Source: Sulfurimonadaceae bacterium
GTDB lineage: Bacteria; Campylobacterota; Campylobacteria; Campylobacterales; Sulfurimonadaceae
Assembly (NCBI GenBank): GCA_041571435.1
Contig: JBFFUI010000046.1
Coordinates: 1-14,842 of the forward strand
DNA length: 14,842 nt
Direction: 5' to 3'
The notes under the pieces were generated by a model. The model did not search any database. It was not told the origin of the DNA and saw nothing but the letters and a program-made list of their open reading frames with translations. The translations under genes were made by a program, and so were the position numbers. Position 1 is the stretch's first letter. Each line of letters begins with the position of its first letter. Shown here piece by piece: positions 6,562 through 14,842 of the stretch.

Positions 6562-6566
6562 AGAGA

Positions 6567-7112
6567 TCAGAGCGTAGAGATATATTCCGCAACGGCTTCG
6601 ATCTCTGCATTATCCAAGCCGCCGGCCTGACCTTTCATGATGGCTTTCATATTGCCGCCGTAGCTGCCGTCTTGATAGCCTTTTAAGGCGCCAATAATTT
6701 TCTCTGGTGCCCAGCCTGCAATGATCTGTGAGTTGTTCAGGGCCGATTTCTCAGCGTTTTGACCATGGCATGACGCACATTGTCGGGTAAAGACTGTACG
6801 ACCGCTGACAGCACTCTCTTTTTGCTCTGTCTCTGCCTGCACCGGTTTGGCAGGCTTTTGCACCGGTTTAGGTTCTGTAACGACTTTCTTTTGCACAGGT
6901 TTGGGTTCTGTAACGGCTATTTTCTCTTCAATGACTTCAGTCTTTTCTTCACTCTTGTTCTGCTCAACAGTGTTGGTCGGGGCGGCGACCTCTTTCTGGA
7001 CGGTGACACTCTCTTGTTTAGGTGCACTGGATGTCGAGGCCTGTTTACTAGAGGTATTGTCGTTACAGGCGGTTAGAAATAGGGTTAATGTAATAAGTAG
7101 TGTCAATCTCAT
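6567..7112 (-). CDS. Lipoprotein-anchored monoheme c-type cytochrome (c553-like domain)
   Basis: Lipobox LTAC, low-complexity linker, CASCH heme motif, and YGGNMKAIMKGQ carrying the likely distal Met. Confidence 0.92.
   Translation of the reverse strand: MRLTLLITLTLFLTACNDNTSSKQASTSSAPKQESVTVQKEVAAPTNTVEQNKSEEKTEVIEEKIAVTEPKPVQKKVVTEPKPVQKPAKPVQAETEQKESAVSGRTVFTRQCASCHGQNAEKSALNNSQIIAGWAPEKIIGALKGYQDGSYGGNMKAIMKGQAGGLDNAEIEAVAEYISTL
6855..6915 (-). repeat. Intragenic repeat with 33-bp period, encoding VTEPKPVQK twice
   Basis: CTTTTGCACCGGTTTAGGTTCTGTAACG (6855-6882) versus CTTTTGCACAGGTTTGGGTTCTGTAACG (6888-6915). Partial third copy at 6838-6848. Confidence 0.85.
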
Positions 7113-7144
7113 CGGTTAGGTTCCATCTGGTGTTAAAGTGGAAA

Positions 7145-7153
7145 ATTATAGCA
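7145..7153 (-). promoter_or_regulatory. Extended -10 (TGcTATAAT) for the cytochrome c gene
   Basis: ATTATAGCA on + reads TGCTATAAT on -, 32 nt upstream of the start at 7112. Confidence 0.6.
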
Positions 7154-7249
7154 CTCCGGCTCTTAGGGAAAACAGCGCGCATGAAAAAATTAATGTATGT
7201 TTAATGTTCGGATAAGAGGGCGCAAAACATCCCTATAGGAAAAAAAAGG

Positions 7250-7255
7250 TATAAT
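7250..7255 (+). promoter_or_regulatory. -10 box of the aminotransferase-murC-mutS2-ligA operon
   Basis: Perfect TATAAT 35 nt before ATG 7291, preceded by an A-tract. Confidence 0.55.
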
Positions 7256-7290
7256 CGCGACTACTAGAGAGATCAATAACATGAGAACAT

Positions 7291-8427
7291 ATGCAATTTG
7301 AACCATATCCATTTGAAAAACTGAACACACTTTTGGCAGAGATCACGCCTAACCCGGAACTTGAACCTGTTATATTGACGATCGGCGAGCCTCAGTTCGA
7401 GACACCCGACTTTATTCAAGAAGCGCTCAAAGAGAGTGCGCCGCTTCTGAAAAAGTACCCCAGTACTGCCGGTGAAGCCTACCTTAAAGAGGCCATGGCA
7501 AACTTCGTCAAAGGGCGTTTCGGGGTTGAACTGAGCGATACGCAACTGGTACCGTCATTTGGGACACGCGAGGTGCTCTTTAATTTTCCACAGTATCTTC
7601 TTTTTGACAAAAATGACCCGCAGATCGCTTTTACCAATCCGTTCTATCAGATCTACGAAGGGGCTGCCATTGCCAGCCGTGCTACGATGCATTTCTTGAA
7701 CCTTAATGAAGCAAACAGCTACAAGCCTGAGATAGACGAAGAGGTCCTTAAAAAGTGTGACCTTGTGATCTTGAACTTTCCCAACAATCCGACGGCATCC
7801 TGCCTTAGCATTGATGAACTGGGCGAGTGGGTAAAACTGGCGCTGAAGCATGACTTTGTTCTGTTGAACGATGAATGTTATTCGGAGATCTATACCGATA
7901 AACCGGTTCCTTCGCTGCTTGAAGCCTCAAAACATGTCGGCAATGATAGCTTTACGAATGTACTGGTCATCAACTCCATCTCAAAACGCTCTTCGGCACC
8001 GGGACTGCGGAGCGGTTTTATTGCTGGTGATGCCGCGATATTGAAGGGGTATCTGCAGTACCGCACCTATGTCGGTGCTGCGTCTCCGTTACCGCTTCAG
8101 GTCGCTGCTGCAGCGGCGTGGAACGACGAAGAGCATGTCGAGGCATCCCGTAAGGTCTATCGACGCAATTTTGAGATGGCAAAAGAGATTCTGGGTGTCG
8201 AGATGCCCGAAGCGACATTTTACATCTGGCTGAAAGTCGATGATGCGATCGAGATGACCAAAACGCTCTACGAAAAGTACAATGTCAAAGTACTGCCGGG
8301 AGAATACCTCGCACGGACAGATGCTGAAGGTGAGAATCCGGGCAGGGGTTACCTGCGCATCGCACTGGTCGAGGATGAGATAAAAACAGAAGACGCGCTA
8401 CGACGTATCAAGGAGGCATTGTCATGA
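7291..8427 (+). CDS. dapC: PLP-dependent class I/II aminotransferase, probably succinyldiaminopimelate transaminase
   Basis: N-terminus PYPFEKL, LTIGEPQ, GTREVLF, NPFYQIYEGAA, NFPNNPT, DECYSEIY, and the PLP-lysine motif NSISKRSSAPGLRSG typical of DapC. Confidence 0.85.
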   Translation: MQFEPYPFEKLNTLLAEITPNPELEPVILTIGEPQFETPDFIQEALKESAPLLKKYPSTAGEAYLKEAMANFVKGRFGVELSDTQLVPSFGTREVLFNFPQYLLFDKNDPQIAFTNPFYQIYEGAAIASRATMHFLNLNEANSYKPEIDEEVLKKCDLVILNFPNNPTASCLSIDELGEWVKLALKHDFVLLNDECYSEIYTDKPVPSLLEASKHVGNDSFTNVLVINSISKRSSAPGLRSGFIAGDAAILKGYLQYRTYVGAASPLPLQVAAAAAWNDEEHVEASRKVYRRNFEMAKEILGVEMPEATFYIWLKVDDAIEMTKTLYEKYNVKVLPGEYLARTDAEGENPGRGYLRIALVEDEIKTEDALRRIKEALS

Positions 8428-8918
8428 GTAATGAATTGAAAGAGAAGGTGTTAAAAGCACAGAGTGAGGGCAGTATCGCGGGACTCTACGTGCTTGAGGG
8501 CGAAGCGCAGGAGACACTCGAAGAGAGTGATCTGATCTCCTTTTATGCCAATATTCTTGACCTTGCACTTGAAAACCTGACGAACACGTTGGAAGCCGCA
8601 CGAACAATGGATATCAGTGATGTCGAAGACTATGCGACACTACGGGCACTGTATGAGTATGCGATGGAACACTACAGCGCGGGTAAAAACCGTGACGCTT
8701 CGGCACTTTTCGAGATACTGGCCGGTCTGACGGACGATGAGATGTTCTCCAAAGCGATGAAAGCTCATCAGCTCGGTGCCGATGCCGGGATCACGCTTGA
8801 CGTGTTTATTGCGACGATCGGTGATGTCGATGCGACCCACCTTGCCGGGAACTTCTATATCTCCCACTTTAAGAAAGAGGCGCTTGCTGCCATGGAACGT
8901 GCCGGAGCGAAGTCGTGA
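8424..8918 (+). CDS. Hypothetical acidic, alpha-helical protein (possibly TPR-like)
   Basis: ATGA overlap with the upstream gene, SD AAGGAGG, and GTGA overlap with murC. Confidence 0.85.
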   Translation: MSNELKEKVLKAQSEGSIAGLYVLEGEAQETLEESDLISFYANILDLALENLTNTLEAARTMDISDVEDYATLRALYEYAMEHYSAGKNRDASALFEILAGLTDDEMFSKAMKAHQLGADAGITLDVFIATIGDVDATHLAGNFYISHFKKEALAAMERAGAKS

Positions 8919-10222
8919 AGATCCACTTTATCGGTATCGGGGGCATCGGTATCTCCGGATTGGCGCAATACATGCATTTTAAAGGGCATGAGATCACCGG
9001 CTCAGATGTGGCTGATTCCAGGATCGTGAAGATTCTGCGCGACAAGGGTATTGAGGTGACGATCCCGCACAACAAAAAAGCGATCGACGACCAGGACCTG
9101 GTGATCCACTCTGCGATCATCCGTGCCAACAACCCGGAAGTCGTTGCCGCCAAAGAGCAGGATATCAAAGTCCTTGCGCGCCGCGAAGCCCTGTTGGACC
9201 TCCTTCATGAGCAGAAAGTCTATGCCGTTGCCGGTGCACACGGAAAAAGTACCACCTCGGCGATTCTTGCTGCCATCATGGATGGTTCCGCCATCATCGG
9301 TGCAGAGTCCAAAGGGTTTGGTTCAAACGTGCGTTACGACGGTTCGACAGATCAGCTTATTTTTGAAGCGGACGAGAGTGACGGCAGCTTTCTAAATTCC
9401 AATCCCTACTGTGCGATCGTGATCAATGCTGAACCGGAGCACATGGAGTACTACAATTACGACTATGAGCTCTTCTTCGATTCGTACCGCAAGTTTATCG
9501 CCTCTGCAAAAGTGCGCGTTATCAATGCGGAAGATGAGTTTCTGAGTACGATTGAGGGCGACGCGATCCGTCTCTATCCGAGCAAAGATATCAAAGATAT
9601 CAAGTACATTCTGATCGATGATGAACCCTACACATCATTTACACTGAAAGACCTGGGCAGCTTCAATGTATGGGGCTTCGGGGCACATATCGCTGTCGAT
9701 GCCTCTTTGGCGATTTTGGCGGCGTTGGAAAGCATGGATGTCGAGACGATCCGTGTCAAGCTTCTTCATTTCAAGGGGATCAAAAAGCGTTTTGATATTA
9801 TCTCCAAGGGTGAAAATACGATGATCATCGATGATTACGGTCACCACCCGACGGAGATCGCGGCAACGATGGGGTCGGTGAGAGAATATGCCAAACTCAA
9901 AGGTATCTCGCGTATTACTGCCATCTGGCAGCCGCATAAATATTCACGCACTATCGACAACCTCGAAGCCTTTACCAAATGTTTTAAAGGGGTTGACCGT
10001 CTTATCATCCTTCCTGTCTGGGCCGCGAGTGAAGCGGAACAGTTTATCGATTTTGAAGATGAGTTCAGTGCGTACGACCTGAGCCTGATGGACTACCTCA
10101 GACGGGATGAAGAGAGCGTCAATCTCTGCAAGCATGACGAGGTTATCGAGACGATTGATGAAGGTCTTATTATCGGCTTCGGCGCCGGGGATATCACCTA
10201 TCAACTCAGAGGAGAAAAGTAA
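8915..10222 (+). CDS. murC: UDP-N-acetylmuramate--L-alanine ligase
   Basis: GTG start. Motifs IHFIGIGGIGISGLA, GAHGKSTT (P-loop), FEADESDGSFL, DDYGHHPTEI and WQPHKYSRT. Confidence 0.97.
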   Translation: MKIHFIGIGGIGISGLAQYMHFKGHEITGSDVADSRIVKILRDKGIEVTIPHNKKAIDDQDLVIHSAIIRANNPEVVAAKEQDIKVLARREALLDLLHEQKVYAVAGAHGKSTTSAILAAIMDGSAIIGAESKGFGSNVRYDGSTDQLIFEADESDGSFLNSNPYCAIVINAEPEHMEYYNYDYELFFDSYRKFIASAKVRVINAEDEFLSTIEGDAIRLYPSKDIKDIKYILIDDEPYTSFTLKDLGSFNVWGFGAHIAVDASLAILAALESMDVETIRVKLLHFKGIKKRFDIISKGENTMIIDDYGHHPTEIAATMGSVREYAKLKGISRITAIWQPHKYSRTIDNLEAFTKCFKGVDRLIILPVWAASEAEQFIDFEDEFSAYDLSLMDYLRRDEESVNLCKHDEVIETIDEGLIIGFGAGDITYQLRGEK

Positions 10223-10547
10223 TGGCATATATGTTTGGACTGGTTATTGTTCTGCTCTTTTTCGGGGTAATGCATTTTTTCACGGAACTCAATGTAAAAC
10301 AGAAAGTGGCAGCGACGCTTATAGTGCTCTTTTTTGTGATGGGGGCCCTCTTTTACAACAACATTCAAAATGAAAATGCAGCCCATCTGCGTGATGTGAT
10401 GCTGCGCTACAACCAGGGGCACCAGCTCAAATGCGGTGATCTTGATGTCACAAAAGAGGACTTCTCTCTCAGTGTCGGCACGCAGACCTTTATCGGAAGA
10501 AAAGAGGGGCAGTACGCCGGCAAAATGATCGCAGCAAGTGATTGTGA

Positions 10548-10551
<4 letters not shown>
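10222..10551 (+). CDS. Small hypothetical membrane protein (2 N-terminal TM helices)
   Basis: TAATG coupling to murC, SD AGGAG, ATGA overlap with mutS2. A small membrane-protein gene also sits between murC and mutS2 in Campylobacter/Helicobacter. Confidence 0.88.

Positions 10552-14842
<4,291 letters not shown>

Noticed and set aside
7239-7247. Poly-A tract upstream of the operon -10 box as a phase-variation site
   Set aside because: A/T tracts upstream of -10 boxes are normal in Campylobacterota promoters, and slippage is unlikely to control an operon of essential genes.

Overview
This window looks like Campylobacterota chromosome, probably a free-living Sulfurimonas/Sulfuricurvum-like organism. 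That is inferred from the aminotransferase-murC-hypothetical-mutS2 gene order and from TATAAT promoters without a clear -35. Most of it is housekeeping: truD, a membrane protein, a ThiF/MoeB-family gene, a large MscS channel, a lipoprotein cytochrome c, and a tightly coupled operon (dapC-like aminotransferase, hypothetical, murC, hypothetical, mutS2, ligA, outer-membrane protein). Two regions are not explained by these genes. The first is an AT-rich minus-strand gene at the left edge, missing from the ORF track, that encodes a protein with four CxxC motifs. The second is the 1.37-kb gap after truD. It holds two diverged head-to-tail copies (about 1957-2530 and 2532-3280) of a large non-coding element. 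At least five stems in it show compensatory base-pair changes between the copies, its two ends pair with each other, and each copy carries its own inserted hairpin domains. This candidate large structured ncRNA or ssDNA element is the main finding.
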